Position numbers and translations under genes: made by a program. Below the pieces are notes generated by a model. The model saw nothing but the letters and a program-made list of their open reading frames with translations. It ran no database searches and was not told the DNA's origin. This document shows positions 8,147 through 19,097 of a stretch of 64,000 bases of DNA, piece by piece. The stretch spans positions 9,721 through 73,720 of the forward strand of contig VEQN01000003.1 of the NCBI GenBank assembly GCA_018883165.1, in the 5' to 3' direction. Origin of the DNA: Candidatus Tayloriibacteriota bacterium (GTDB taxonomy: Bacteria; Patescibacteriota; Minisyncoccia; Phycocordibacterales; CAIZLB01). Position 1 is the stretch's first letter, and every line of letters begins with the position of its first letter.

Positions 8147-10024
8147 ATGGCAAAAATAATTGGTATTGACTTAGGTACTACAAACTCAGCGGTTGCAATA
8201 ATGGAGGCAGGAGATCCGAAGATTCTCGAAAACATCGAAGGATCACGGACAACCCCTTCAATCGTTGCGGTTTCAAAAAACAACGAACGACTTGTTGGTC
8301 TTCTTGCGAAAAGACAAGCTGTTACAAATCCAAAAAATACCGTATACGGTATCAAACGATTCATTGGTCACAGTTTTGATGAAGCTGGTGTTCAGCAAGA
8401 TTCAAAAACTGTTCCATATGAAATTACAAAAGCACAAAATGGTGGTGTAAAAGTAAAACTTTCAGATAAAGAATATACACCAGAAGAGGTATCAGCGATG
8501 ATCCTCACAAAACTTAAGAATGACGCTGAAGCAAAACTCGGAGAAAAGGTAACTGAAGCAATCATTACAGTACCTGCATACTTCAATGATGCACAGCGAC
8601 AGGCAACAAAGGATGCTGGAAAGATTGCAGGTCTTGAGGTAAAGCGAATCATCAACGAACCAACAGCTGCAGCACTTGCATACGGATTCAACAAAAAGAA
8701 AGATGAGAAAGTGGCTGTATTCGACTTCGGAGGTGGAACATTCGATATTTCAGTTCTCGAAGTAGGAGATGATGTGGTTGAAGTAAAAGCAACAGACGGA
8801 GATCATCGACTTGGTGGTCGAGATATCGACTACAAGATCTTGAACTGGATTGCAGATGAATTCAAGAAAGACCAAGGAATTGATGTGCGAGGTGATGCGC
8901 TTGCAATGCAGCGACTCGACGAGGCAGCTGAGAAGGCAAAAATCGAGCTCTCAACAGCGATTGAGACTGAAATCAACATTCCATTCATTACATCTGACGC
9001 AACAGGTCCAAAGCACCTAGTTATGAAACTCACTCGAGCAAAACTTGAAGAGATTGCTGACGAGTTTGTTGAGCGTGCGATGCAAATCACAAAGCGAGCA
9101 ATCGAAGCTTCACCATTCAAGATTGGAGACATTAACGAGGTGATTCTTGTAGGAGGACAAACTCGAATGCCAAAGATTCAGGAGGCTGTAAAGGCATTCT
9201 TTGGTAAAGAACCAAACAAGAGTATTAACCCTGATGAAGTAGTTGCGCTCGGTGCTGCGATTCAAGGTGGTATCATCGCGGGAGATGTAAAAGATATTCT
9301 TCTTCTTGATGTAATTCCACTTTCACTTGGTATTGAAACAATGGGCGGTGTTGCTACTAAACTCATCGAGAAGAATACGACTATCCCAGCATCAAAATCA
9401 CAGGTATTCTCAACCGCAGCAGACAATCAAACATCTGTAGAAATTCACATTGTTCAAGGTGAACGAGCGATGGCTTCTGACAACAAGTCTCTTGGAAGAT
9501 TCATCCTTGATGGTATTCCACCTGCACCACGTGGTATGCCACAAGTTGAAGTAACATTCGACATTGATGCAAACGGTATCCTCAATGTGAAGGCAAAGGA
9601 CAAGGCAACAAACAAAGAGCAATCAATTCGTATTGAAGCAAGTTCAGGTCTCTCACAAGATGACATTGAACGAATGAAGAAAGATGCTGAGGCACATGAT
9701 GCAGAAGACAAGAAAAAGAAAGATGAGATTGAAGTGAAAAACACCGCAGATCACATCATATATTCTGCGGAAAAAGCATTGAAGGACAGCAAGGACAAGA
9801 TACCAGCGGATGTATCAGCTGGCGTTGAAGCAAAGATTAGTGCACTAAAGACAGTGAAGGATGGAAGTGATATTGAGGCGATTAAAAAAGCTACAGAAGA
9901 ACTTTCAGCTGAAATGTCTAAGATCGGTGAGGCCATAAGTAAGACTGCTAATCCAGAGCAAGCAGCGCAGCCTGAAGCTGGAAACGAAACTGATGGTAAT
10001 GTACGAGAGGCAGAAACAAAATAA
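8147..10024 (+). CDS. dnaK: Chaperone DnaK
   Basis: [34 protein letters not shown]. Confidence 0.99.
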   Translation: MAKIIGIDLGTTNSAVAIMEAGDPKILENIEGSRTTPSIVAVSKNNERLVGLLAKRQAVTNPKNTVYGIKRFIGHSFDEAGVQQDSKTVPYEITKAQNGGVKVKLSDKEYTPEEVSAMILTKLKNDAEAKLGEKVTEAIITVPAYFNDAQRQATKDAGKIAGLEVKRIINEPTAAALAYGFNKKKDEKVAVFDFGGGTFDISVLEVGDDVVEVKATDGDHRLGGRDIDYKILNWIADEFKKDQGIDVRGDALAMQRLDEAAEKAKIELSTAIETEINIPFITSDATGPKHLVMKLTRAKLEEIADEFVERAMQITKRAIEASPFKIGDINEVILVGGQTRMPKIQEAVKAFFGKEPNKSINPDEVVALGAAIQGGIIAGDVKDILLLDVIPLSLGIETMGGVATKLIEKNTTIPASKSQVFSTAADNQTSVEIHIVQGERAMASDNKSLGRFILDGIPPAPRGMPQVEVTFDIDANGILNVKAKDKATNKEQSIRIEASSGLSQDDIERMKKDAEAHDAEDKKKKDEIEVKNTADHIIYSAEKALKDSKDKIPADVSAGVEAKISALKTVKDGSDIEAIKKATEELSAEMSKIGEAISKTANPEQAAQPEAGNETDGNVREAETK

Positions 10025-10091
10025 TTAACCTCGTGTATAGCTTCTGTGGGTGAACATCGCCCACAGGGCGCTATACGCGAACACTAACACC

Positions 10092-11258
10092 ATGTCACAA
10101 GACTATTATAAAATTCTAGGGGTAGACAAAAACGCATCTAAGGATGATATTAAAAAAGCATTCCGTAAGCTTGCGCACCAACACCATCCAGACAAAAACG
10201 GAGGGGACGACAAGAAGTTCAAAGAAGTGAATGAGGCATATACTGTGTTGTCTGATGACCAGAAGCGTGCACAATACGACCAGTTTGGTAGTGCAGGTCC
10301 TAGTACAGGATTTAATGGCGGAGGAGGCTTCGGTGGCTTCGATTTTAGTGGTTTCTCACAAGGATTCAACGGAGCTGATATGGAGTTTGATCTCGGTGAC
10401 ATATTTGGTGGAATATTTGGTGGAGGAAGAAAGAGTTCACGTTCAAAAGAAAAGCGTGGTTCTGATATACAAGTAGATATTGAAATATCTTTTGAAGATT
10501 CTATCTTTGGTACTGAGAAAGAGTTTACGGTTCACCGAACTGACACCTGTACGCATTGTAAAGGAGAAAGAAAAGAACCAGGTACTGATTTTGTGACTTG
10601 TAATACTTGTAACGGGCAAGGGCAAGTGATTGAGAATCGAAGAAGCATGTTTGGAACATTTCAGTCTGCAAGAATGTGTGATACTTGTGACGGTACAGGA
10701 AAAATCCCAAAAGAGAAATGCAGAGAATGTAAAGGTAAAGGTACACAAAACAAAAAAGATACAATACGGGCAGTCATTCCTGCAGGTATAGAATCTGGTG
10801 AGATGCTTCGGGTAACCGGAAAAGGTGAGGCTGTTGCAGGAGGACGAAACGGTGATCTCTTCATCAAAATATATGTACGAAAAGACACAAGACAAGCACG
10901 AAGTGCATACAGCACATCTGATGTCTCATATATTGGAAATGTTAGAAAAGAAGGAAACAATTTGGTAGGTGAGCTGCATATCAAAATTACAGATACACTT
11001 CTTGGTGCTGAAAAAGAACTTGAAACGTTAGATGGAAAAATCACGATTAAAATTCCAAGAGGTATAACTCACGGTGAGATATTAAAAGTAAAAGAGAAGG
11101 GTGTACCGTTTGGCCCAGGATCAGAGAATCCAGAGAAATCTAGAAGCTCATCTGTAAGAAGAGGAGACTTGTTACTTGTGATTAAAATTGATATACCAGA
11201 CAAACTCTCAAAGAATGCACAAAGACTAGTTGATGAATTGAAGGGTGAGGGGGTATAA
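10092..11258 (+). CDS. dnaJ: Chaperone DnaJ
   Basis: J domain with HPD, G/F-rich region, four CxxCxGxG-type repeats. ATG 10092 chosen as start. Confidence 0.98.
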   Translation: MSQDYYKILGVDKNASKDDIKKAFRKLAHQHHPDKNGGDDKKFKEVNEAYTVLSDDQKRAQYDQFGSAGPSTGFNGGGGFGGFDFSGFSQGFNGADMEFDLGDIFGGIFGGGRKSSRSKEKRGSDIQVDIEISFEDSIFGTEKEFTVHRTDTCTHCKGERKEPGTDFVTCNTCNGQGQVIENRRSMFGTFQSARMCDTCDGTGKIPKEKCRECKGKGTQNKKDTIRAVIPAGIESGEMLRVTGKGEAVAGGRNGDLFIKIYVRKDTRQARSAYSTSDVSYIGNVRKEGNNLVGELHIKITDTLLGAEKELETLDGKITIKIPRGITHGEILKVKEKGVPFGPGSENPEKSRSSSVRRGDLLLVIKIDIPDKLSKNAQRLVDELKGEGV

Positions 11259-11266
11259 TATCCGAT

Positions 11267-11776
11267 ATGGATTTCATTTCATCATATCTCTCAACGTTAA
11301 ACATAACACTCATAGCTGTTGTACTACTCCTTACAATTATTTCTTTCTACAGAGGAAGAAGCATTTTGTATTCAATTATTCTTGCATATTTCCCAGCAGC
11401 AATACTATACGCTTCTTTTCCATACAAAAAACAAATGCTGTTCTTCCAAAACGGAGCTGATCAACTATTCTATTCAAACTTGATTATCTTCCTGATATTC
11501 TTCTGTCTTTCTTTTTTCGGGGCAATACGAATAGTGCATAGTGGAGAATCAAGAGCAGGTCTTCATGGTTTCATAGATGCTTTAGTACTCTCGATCTCAG
11601 TGGTACTTCTCACCACAGCATTAACCTTCCATATATTGCCTTACAAAGATATATATAACCTAGGTACACTTGTTCAGAGCTTTTTGAGTAGCAAAATGGG
11701 ATATTTTGTATCCACACTTGTTCCTGTAATAACCATATATTGGATGACTAGAAGGTACCAGCGGGGAGTGTTATAA
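11267..11776 (+). CDS. Multi-pass membrane protein
   Basis: About 5 hydrophobic helices; TATAAT 8 nt before the ATG. Confidence 0.75.
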   Translation: MDFISSYLSTLNITLIAVVLLLTIISFYRGRSILYSIILAYFPAAILYASFPYKKQMLFFQNGADQLFYSNLIIFLIFFCLSFFGAIRIVHSGESRAGLHGFIDALVLSISVVLLTTALTFHILPYKDIYNLGTLVQSFLSSKMGYFVSTLVPVITIYWMTRRYQRGVL

Positions 11777-11783
11777 GAAAGTA

Positions 11784-11813
11784 TTGACTTTTTATAATAT
11801 AGTGTGGTATAAT
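11784..11813 (+). promoter_or_regulatory. Sigma70 promoter with extended -10
   Basis: TTGACT-18 nt-TATAAT, preceded by TGG. Confidence 0.7.
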
Positions 11814-11868
11814 ATTATTTAGAATACAGATACTCAGTTTTCAACTCAACATCCAACACCCCGACAAC

Positions 11869-12435
11869 ATGAACTCTGCAACGCTCCTTCACATTGCACT
11901 TTCAGTGCTTTCAGTCATCCTTTCAATATTTGTCGACTCACTCATCGAATGGTGGGTCCACAAATACCCCATGCATCGTAAATTGCCAGGGCCATTCTTC
12001 AAGTTTTTGTTTCGTCACCACGTGACGATTCATCACGCGAAGTTCAGTGGTGAAGCGTATCATCACCACAACCATAAAGACCGCGAGACAATCGCGTTTC
12101 CTTTGTGGGTTGGCCCACTCCTGATTCTAACAGCCATCAGCCCATTCTGGGCCTTCAGCTACTACATCGGGAACAACATACCAGTGTACAGCTCACTCGC
12201 TGTGGCCATCCTTTACTATGTGTGTTTCGAGGGCTTTCACCAGCTCATGCATATGGAGGATTACCCAGTAGTTCGCTGGATCAGGAAAAGCAAGTGGTTT
12301 ACTTGGTTGGATACCCACCATGAGATTCATCATCTCAAGGCTGGTGTTAACTTCAACCTAGTCTGTCCACTAGGCGACTATGCCATGGGGACGCTTCTTA
12401 CAGCTTCAGAGTACGCTCTAAAGTTCAAGAAGTGA
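11869..12435 (+). CDS. Fatty acid hydroxylase / sterol desaturase superfamily membrane di-iron enzyme
   Basis: His boxes HKYPMH, HHVTIHH, HQLMH and HHEIHH; C-terminal NFNL...D...GT; TM helices. Confidence 0.88.
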   Translation: MNSATLLHIALSVLSVILSIFVDSLIEWWVHKYPMHRKLPGPFFKFLFRHHVTIHHAKFSGEAYHHHNHKDRETIAFPLWVGPLLILTAISPFWAFSYYIGNNIPVYSSLAVAILYYVCFEGFHQLMHMEDYPVVRWIRKSKWFTWLDTHHEIHHLKAGVNFNLVCPLGDYAMGTLLTASEYALKFKK

Positions 12436-12450
12436 AAGAATGACAACTTG

Positions 12451-12485
12451 AGGCCCACCACCGATTCGTTCGGGGTGGGCTTTTG
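12451..12485 (+). terminator. Rho-independent terminator
   Basis: AGGCCCACC...GGTGGGCTTTTG. Confidence 0.8.
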
Positions 12486-12537
12486 TCATATTTGCATTTT
12501 TATAAACATATGTTATTATGTTTATACGTAAGCCCAC

Positions 12538-13350
12538 ATGAAAGAAGTGTCGAACAGTCTGATATACAATCACAAAAGCAGACCCCTTGCTAACGCTATT
12601 CATGTCCAAGAGTCATCACGAAAAAAAGACGACAATTCTACAGTCGTCATTTTTTTTAGAAGAATTAGTCAATATGTGTACGATTTCAAATGTGCAGTTA
12701 TCAAAGGATATGCGCGCATTACCCAATACCTCTCATGGTTTGCATTGTGGCCAATGCTTAAGTTTTTTTATCAAATTAAGTACCATGACCGGAAGAACTT
12801 AAAAGGGATCAAACCTCCTGTAATAATCATTGCAAATCATCAAAAGTTTTACGATGCCTTTTTAATCCGACTTGCACTTGGATTCCATTCTAGACTCCTA
12901 CCAATGAGATTCATGGCGGATATGAAATTTCAAGATCCATTCTTAAAGATGGTTAAGAAGACAGGTCTTATACATTTTCTTTATGCAACAACAGGTGTAT
13001 TCACTGTGGAAAAGGGTCTAGGATTGAACAAGAATCTCAAGCGGGCGAAAGCAATACTTAAAAACAAGGGTGTGGTTGCAATGTTTCCAGAGGGAAGATT
13101 GAATAGAACAAAAGAGCTTCTCCAATTCAAAAGAGGAGTATCCGCACTTGCACTTTCATCAAATACCCCAATCTTACCAGTAGTGATCAAGATAGGTGAA
13201 CATGGTACAAGAAATATATTGGGTATGAGGAGAAGAAAAATTGATATTAAAATTGGTATACACAAAAAACTTGAAACACACAGTACATATGAAGAACTTG
13301 CTGAGCAACTACGAACTGACGTACATGAGATACTCAGTTCAATCGAATAA
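12538..13350 (+). CDS. plsC: Lysophospholipid / 1-acylglycerol-3-phosphate acyltransferase (PlsC family)
   Basis: NHQKFYD (HxxxxD), FPEGR, FKRG...LA...PILPV. Confidence 0.85.
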   Translation: MKEVSNSLIYNHKSRPLANAIHVQESSRKKDDNSTVVIFFRRISQYVYDFKCAVIKGYARITQYLSWFALWPMLKFFYQIKYHDRKNLKGIKPPVIIIANHQKFYDAFLIRLALGFHSRLLPMRFMADMKFQDPFLKMVKKTGLIHFLYATTGVFTVEKGLGLNKNLKRAKAILKNKGVVAMFPEGRLNRTKELLQFKRGVSALALSSNTPILPVVIKIGEHGTRNILGMRRRKIDIKIGIHKKLETHSTYEELAEQLRTDVHEILSSIE

Positions 13351-13395
13351 TTATACACATGCACAGAATTTGGAAGTGTATGATATCATTTACGC

Positions 13396-14466
13396 ATGAT
13401 TACTGATTTACTTTCAAATCTGTTTAGAAGAAACTTCAGAAAAAGAAAAATTGATTTTGCCTTTCTGATTCATCCTAGGTATACAGGAGACATATATCGT
13501 AAGTACCCAATATTAAAAGTACTACCTGAGTGGGTGGTTAATTTCGCATTATACTATTTCTGGCCAACATACGGTGGAACAATCAAAGGGTTAACACGTG
13601 AGGGCAAACCGATATTTGGCGCTTTGATTATAGTACCAATGCCTTCAAAGCAAATGCTTAAGTATCGTGCAAGAGCAAAGAAAAGAGTACTTGCAGCTGT
13701 AAAACTGGCCGAAGTATATGGAGCTGAAATCGTGGGACTCGGTGCACTAACATCTTCTGTAACAGGTGGAGGACTCGAAATTATGGAGCAAAGCAAGCCC
13801 GTACACCTCACCTCTGGCAACTCACTTACTGCATACACCACAGCAAATGACATCATCGAGAGGGTAAAAAGAGAAGGTGTCAGTGGACCTATCGCTATCA
13901 TTGGTGCAACTGGTTCAATTGGACAAGCAGTTGCTGAAATGCTTTACGAAGAATTGCAAAACGAAATTATTGTGATTGGAAAAAATCCAGAACGTACAGC
14001 TCGTGTTGCTGAACTTCTAAAGGAAAAGAATATTTCAGGTAAACCTGACCCTAAAGCAAGTACGAATGTTCTGGAAGTATCACGAGCGGAAATTTTGGTA
14101 ATTACAACGTCAGCACATGATGCTACCGTTAACAGGGAGATGATAAAAAATGCGAAAATCATCTACGACGTAACACAACCAAAAAATACACCTGAAGATA
14201 TTCAGAATGATTCAAGTATTGTATTTATTGATGGAGGTTTGATTAAACTCCCTGAACAAATTCACCTTACATTGGATGTTGGTCTACCTAAAGGTATTGC
14301 ATATTCTTGTCTATCTGAGACAATGATATTAGCTGCGTCAGAGCGGTTTGATTTGGTATCAGGTTCAAAACTACTTACTGGGAATATCAGAACAATGGGG
14401 GAATTAGCTAAGAAGTTTGAATTTAAGTCACACCAAATTATTACTAACCATGGACATCACATTTGA
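13396..14466 (+). CDS. Acyl-ACP reductase-like NAD(P)-binding oxidoreductase (AAR/COG5322-like)
   Basis: FAFLIHP, IVGLGALTS, TSGNSLTAY, Rossmann motif IIGATGSIG, DVTQP, DGG, and YSCLSETMIL, which matches the AAR catalytic Cys motif ACxAExM. Confidence 0.8.
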   Translation: MITDLLSNLFRRNFRKRKIDFAFLIHPRYTGDIYRKYPILKVLPEWVVNFALYYFWPTYGGTIKGLTREGKPIFGALIIVPMPSKQMLKYRARAKKRVLAAVKLAEVYGAEIVGLGALTSSVTGGGLEIMEQSKPVHLTSGNSLTAYTTANDIIERVKREGVSGPIAIIGATGSIGQAVAEMLYEELQNEIIVIGKNPERTARVAELLKEKNISGKPDPKASTNVLEVSRAEILVITTSAHDATVNREMIKNAKIIYDVTQPKNTPEDIQNDSSIVFIDGGLIKLPEQIHLTLDVGLPKGIAYSCLSETMILAASERFDLVSGSKLLTGNIRTMGELAKKFEFKSHQIITNHGHHI

Positions 14467-16063
14467 TTTAGAGACAACAAGTCTAGTCATCTCAGGACTA
14501 ATCAACCTGATTTTGGTAGTTGTAATTGGTATTCGAAGGAACAAAACAAAAGATACAATATTCTTCCTGCTCTTTAGTATCTCCGTACTCGGTTGGGTAC
14601 TATCACGTCTCCTTTTTGAAATAACTACAGATGTTACATTATTTAGATCTGCACAACTTTTGTATTTCTGTGCAACCTACATCCCGTTGTTCCTATTGTT
14701 GTTTATCGAATCTTTTCCAAGAAAAGAGCATTCATATTCGAGAGGGAAACTTACTCTCATTCTCACACCCGCAATCATTGCAAGTATCTTATGTTGGATA
14801 CCCGGGGCAGTCATTCAAGCTATTTATACAGATTTAGATGGTCATAAGGCAATCACTTTTGGTTGGGCATACCTCTTCTACTTCTTCTATATTATTTCAT
14901 ATTTCTTACTTGGAATAATTAAAATGATAACAAAACACCGAAAAGCTGAGGGTGTCGAGCGGAATCAACTTGAAATTGTATTCTTAAGTATCCTAGTATC
15001 ATCTTCTGTAGGTATGTTTGCTAACCTTATCCTACCTACACTAGGTTCGTTTGAATTCTTTTGGGTAGGACCACTCTTTAGTGTATTTATGGTTCTCACA
15101 ATCGGATATGCCATCGTTAGGTATCAGCTATTTGAGACGAAGCTCATTACCACAGAGTTCATGACTTTCTTCCTGTGGGCACTAATTCTCATCAGAACAA
15201 TATATTCCGGAAGTACACAAGATAGAATTATAAATGGGTTACTATTCCTAGCATCTGTCATCATTGGTTTGTATCTCATCAGAAGTGTAGTAAATGAGAT
15301 ATTCCAAAGAGAGAAGATTGAAACATTGGCTAAAGATCTAGAAAAAGCCAACGAACATCTTCAAGAACTTGATCAACAGAAATCAGAGTTCGTATCTCTT
15401 GCTAGTCATCAGCTACGAGGTCCACTTACTGCCATCAAAGGATATGCATCCATGCTTTTAGACAACGATTTTGGTGAAATTAAAGGAGAAGTACGTGACG
15501 CTGTTGATAAGGTGTACAAATCAACACAAGATCTTGTAGTTGTAGTAGGTGACTATCTCGATGTTTCAAGAATCGAGCAAGGAAGGATGCAGTACGATAT
15601 GTCTGATTTCGATATGAGAGACCTTGTTGCAACAATCGTAACAGAACTTCGTCCGAACATAGAACGTGCTAAACTCACCATGGATTTCGATTTCGACACA
15701 GAGGGTAACTTTACAGTACATGGTGACCAAGGAAAGATTAAGCAGGTAATTGGAAACATTGTTGATAATGCGATTAAATATTGCCCAAGTGGAGGTATAC
15801 ACATTTGGGTTGCACACCGACCTGAGAATAAAGTATTAGTTACCATTTCAGATACAGGAGTAGGTATTCACCCTGATGTACTTCCAAGACTTTTTGAAAA
15901 GTTTACGCGGGCACCTGATGCTTCAAAAACGAACATCATGGGTACTGGTCTTGGTCTATACGTAGCTCGTAAAATGATTGAGGCTCATAACGGTAAGATC
16001 TGGGCTGAGTCACCAGGGGTAGGAAAGGGATCTAGCTTCTTCATTGAACTGGCGTTGGCATAA
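14450..16063 (+). CDS. Sensor histidine kinase with N-terminal 7TM (HisKA_7TM-like) region
   Basis: About 9 TM helices; H-box SHQLRGPLTAIKG, N-box NIVDNAIKY, DTGVGI, GTGLGL. ATG 14450 overlaps the upstream gene by 17 nt. Confidence 0.93.
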   Translation: MDITFDLETTSLVISGLINLILVVVIGIRRNKTKDTIFFLLFSISVLGWVLSRLLFEITTDVTLFRSAQLLYFCATYIPLFLLLFIESFPRKEHSYSRGKLTLILTPAIIASILCWIPGAVIQAIYTDLDGHKAITFGWAYLFYFFYIISYFLLGIIKMITKHRKAEGVERNQLEIVFLSILVSSSVGMFANLILPTLGSFEFFWVGPLFSVFMVLTIGYAIVRYQLFETKLITTEFMTFFLWALILIRTIYSGSTQDRIINGLLFLASVIIGLYLIRSVVNEIFQREKIETLAKDLEKANEHLQELDQQKSEFVSLASHQLRGPLTAIKGYASMLLDNDFGEIKGEVRDAVDKVYKSTQDLVVVVGDYLDVSRIEQGRMQYDMSDFDMRDLVATIVTELRPNIERAKLTMDFDFDTEGNFTVHGDQGKIKQVIGNIVDNAIKYCPSGGIHIWVAHRPENKVLVTISDTGVGIHPDVLPRLFEKFTRAPDASKTNIMGTGLGLYVARKMIEAHNGKIWAESPGVGKGSSFFIELALA

Positions 16064-16093
16064 GTTTGGGTAGATATGATATCATCACAGCAT

Positions 16094-17098
16094 ATGAGTA
16101 ATACTCCAATTACAACAACCACGGGCAAAAAAGTCCTTGTTTCTGGTATTAAATCAACCGGAAGACCACATATTGGTAACTATTTCGGTGCCATGAAGCA
16201 ATATGTAGAGATGCAACATGAGTATGATACTCGTATTTTCATTGCAGATCTTCACTCTCTCACTTCAGTACAAAATGGCAGTGAGTTAGCACAGGCAACT
16301 CTTGATCTTGCCATCGACTATATCGCCATTGGGTTAGACCCTGAGAAGGTGACAATATTTAAGCAATCAGACTTACCCGAAGTAACAGAGCTTGGGTGGA
16401 TTTTTAATTGCATCACAACAATGCCATACCTTATGCGTGCTCATTCATTTAAAGATGCAGAGGCAAAAAACAAGGAAATCAATGTCGGTGTCTTTGATTA
16501 CCCAATGCTCATGGCAGCAGATATCCTCATTCACAATGCAGACATTGTTCCAGTTGGAAAAGACCAGAAACAACATGTTGAGTTTGCAAGAGACACTGCT
16601 GAAAAGTTCAACAGAATCTTTAGAGGTGATGGTAAATCATGCGAACCAGAGAATGCACTCTTTAAGCTTCCTGACGTACATATCATTGAATCGGTTGAAA
16701 CTGTTCCTGGTATAGACGGACAAAAGATGAGTAAAAGCTACAACAACCATATTCCACTATTCTCCACAGATGAAGAGCTGAAGAAACTGGTCATGTCCAT
16801 CGTGACAGACTCAAATGGTGGAAAACCAATGAATGTATACAATATGCACAAATTGTTTAGAGACGAAACATATCTTGAGAAACTATATACTAAGAACGAA
16901 GGGAAGTACAAAATATTAAAAGAGGCTTTACTTGAAGACATGATAGCATTCATTAAACCTCTTCGAGAAAAAAGAGAGCAGATAGCAAAAGACCCAGACA
17001 AGGTAAGAAATATCCTTGCTCGAAATGGCGCTCTAATGAGAGAGAAGACACATGCCTTGATGTATGAGGTACGGAAAGCAACAGGACTCATTGTGTAA
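16094..17098 (+). CDS. trpS: Tryptophanyl-tRNA synthetase
   Basis: HIGN, YPMLMAADIL, VPVGKDQKQH, KMSKS. Confidence 0.97.
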   Translation: MSNTPITTTTGKKVLVSGIKSTGRPHIGNYFGAMKQYVEMQHEYDTRIFIADLHSLTSVQNGSELAQATLDLAIDYIAIGLDPEKVTIFKQSDLPEVTELGWIFNCITTMPYLMRAHSFKDAEAKNKEINVGVFDYPMLMAADILIHNADIVPVGKDQKQHVEFARDTAEKFNRIFRGDGKSCEPENALFKLPDVHIIESVETVPGIDGQKMSKSYNNHIPLFSTDEELKKLVMSIVTDSNGGKPMNVYNMHKLFRDETYLEKLYTKNEGKYKILKEALLEDMIAFIKPLREKREQIAKDPDKVRNILARNGALMREKTHALMYEVRKATGLIV

Positions 17099-17274
17099 TA
17101 TTTCCTTACCCTTCACGTCAACTAACTGTATGACCCGAGAAATATATACAAAATAATAGGCGAAAGACTTGTTTTAGGCCATATATTTGAGTTTCCTAGA
17201 AACAAGATGACTCTTGAGCCCCACATTGTTCCTTCTTTGTATTTATTCAACCTTTTTAATTCACACAATATTGT

Positions 17275-19095
17275 ATGAAAAAAACCAATTCGATACGTGG
17301 TCTGGTTAGAAGCGTGTTTCGTTCAGTAAAACTGAGTATGAAGTATGCACCATGGCTTACCTCAATCATGGCCGGAACCTTCGTCATATCGTACTCTCTA
17401 CCACTTCTTCAAAGCAAGATCCTCGGAAGCATCATCGACAAGCTCATTGAAGCCCTTACAAAAAACCCAGGGACATCAAGTGTTACTTTCCTTGTGATAC
17501 TGTATGCATCCGTTTGGATTGGGAGCAAACTAGTCTCAGAGATTAGACTGTTTGTAGATAAAAAATGGTCACTTGAGATTGAACAGAATCTTGAAATCAG
17601 CGTCATGAAAAAGAGGGCTGAACTTGATCTTGCAACACACGAGGATCCAAAATTCCAGGACTTAATGCAAAATGCATTTTCTCGTGGTATTTGGCCGATA
17701 TATCAACTTGTAGACTACCAATTCAGAAACACCGGTAACATTGTACTCATCATTCTGTCATCAGTAATTGCCAGTACCATTAGCTGGAAGCTGTACCTTG
17801 TAGCACTCATTTCAGCGATTCCAACATTCTACGTACAGCTTAAGTACGGTAATGAAACATGGACCATTTGGGCAGAGAATAGTCCAAGAAAACGTGTATA
17901 TGAACATATTCGGATGCATCTTCGAAGCAGAACTGGTATTCAGCAAGGAAAGCTTCTTCAAGCCACACAAAGACTTCTCAATCAGGCAACTAAAATTCTT
18001 AGCGATTTCAAACTAGAACAAGAAAAAGTAGACCTGAAGAGAATGCTTCTTTCCATGGCTGCAGGGGTCATATCCGCTGGAGGTTTCGGCTACGCAATGT
18101 ACCTTCTAGTTCAAGATGTGTCTCTAGGAAAAATTACACCTGGTACCTTGGTATTTCTTGTTGGAGTCTTAAGTCAACTTGTATCCTCAATTAGCGGGCT
18201 TCTCGAATCGATGGCACAGCAATATGAGAAGAACTTGTACGCTAGTGACATCTTTAAATTCTTTGACACAGAATCGCGTGTAAAGGATGTTGAAAACCCA
18301 ACAGTGCTCAAACTCGAAAAAGCTCCAACAATTGAGTTTAGGAATGTATCTTTCAAGTATGATGGGCGAGATGATTTGATTCTCGACAATGTGTCTTTCA
18401 CTATTGAATCAGGGGAACATGTTGCACTTGTAGGACAAAACGGTGCAGGTAAGTCAACACTAATAAAACTCATGATGCGAATATACAACCCGACATCTGG
18501 AGATATATTAATTAATGGTATTAATCTGAAAGACATACAGGGTGAATCCTGGATTAGATACGTATCTGTACTCCTTCAAAAATATATTGTGCATGAATTT
18601 AAAGTACGGGACGCCATTTCAATCGGTAGAAGCGAAGTCCCACACTCTGATGAACTTGCGGAATCATCTGCGATACTTTCAGGTGCACATGACTTCGTGA
18701 AGGACTACAAGCACGGGTATAGTCAACAGCTCGGAAAGGAATTTGAAGAGGGAATTGAGCCATCTCAAGGTCAAGAACAAAAGATTGCACTTGCTCGTAC
18801 TCTCTACAGACTTGATATGGGTTACCTACTCATTCTCGATGAGCCAACAGCTGCCATTGACCCACTTGCAGAGACTGAGATATTTGAAAGTATGGAGAAA
18901 GCGACTGTAGGGAAGAACCTTGTCCTCATTACACACAGATTCAACACTGTAAAGGATGTAGACAAAATCATAGTACTTGAACACGGAAAGATTGTAGAAA
19001 TTGGAGACCATGATTCACTCATGAAAAAGAATGGTCACTACAAAGAAATGTTTGAAAGTCAGGCTAAGGGGTTTATTGAAGGTTCGAGAGTATAG
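17275..19095 (+). CDS. ABC exporter, fused permease and ATPase
   Basis: Six TM helices, Walker A GQNGAGKS, Walker B LILDEPT, THR switch. The signature is atypical (PSQGQ). Confidence 0.93.
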   Translation: MKKTNSIRGLVRSVFRSVKLSMKYAPWLTSIMAGTFVISYSLPLLQSKILGSIIDKLIEALTKNPGTSSVTFLVILYASVWIGSKLVSEIRLFVDKKWSLEIEQNLEISVMKKRAELDLATHEDPKFQDLMQNAFSRGIWPIYQLVDYQFRNTGNIVLIILSSVIASTISWKLYLVALISAIPTFYVQLKYGNETWTIWAENSPRKRVYEHIRMHLRSRTGIQQGKLLQATQRLLNQATKILSDFKLEQEKVDLKRMLLSMAAGVISAGGFGYAMYLLVQDVSLGKITPGTLVFLVGVLSQLVSSISGLLESMAQQYEKNLYASDIFKFFDTESRVKDVENPTVLKLEKAPTIEFRNVSFKYDGRDDLILDNVSFTIESGEHVALVGQNGAGKSTLIKLMMRIYNPTSGDILINGINLKDIQGESWIRYVSVLLQKYIVHEFKVRDAISIGRSEVPHSDELAESSAILSGAHDFVKDYKHGYSQQLGKEFEEGIEPSQGQEQKIALARTLYRLDMGYLLILDEPTAAIDPLAETEIFESMEKATVGKNLVLITHRFNTVKDVDKIIVLEHGKIVEIGDHDSLMKKNGHYKEMFESQAKGFIEGSRV

Positions 19096-19097
19096 GT

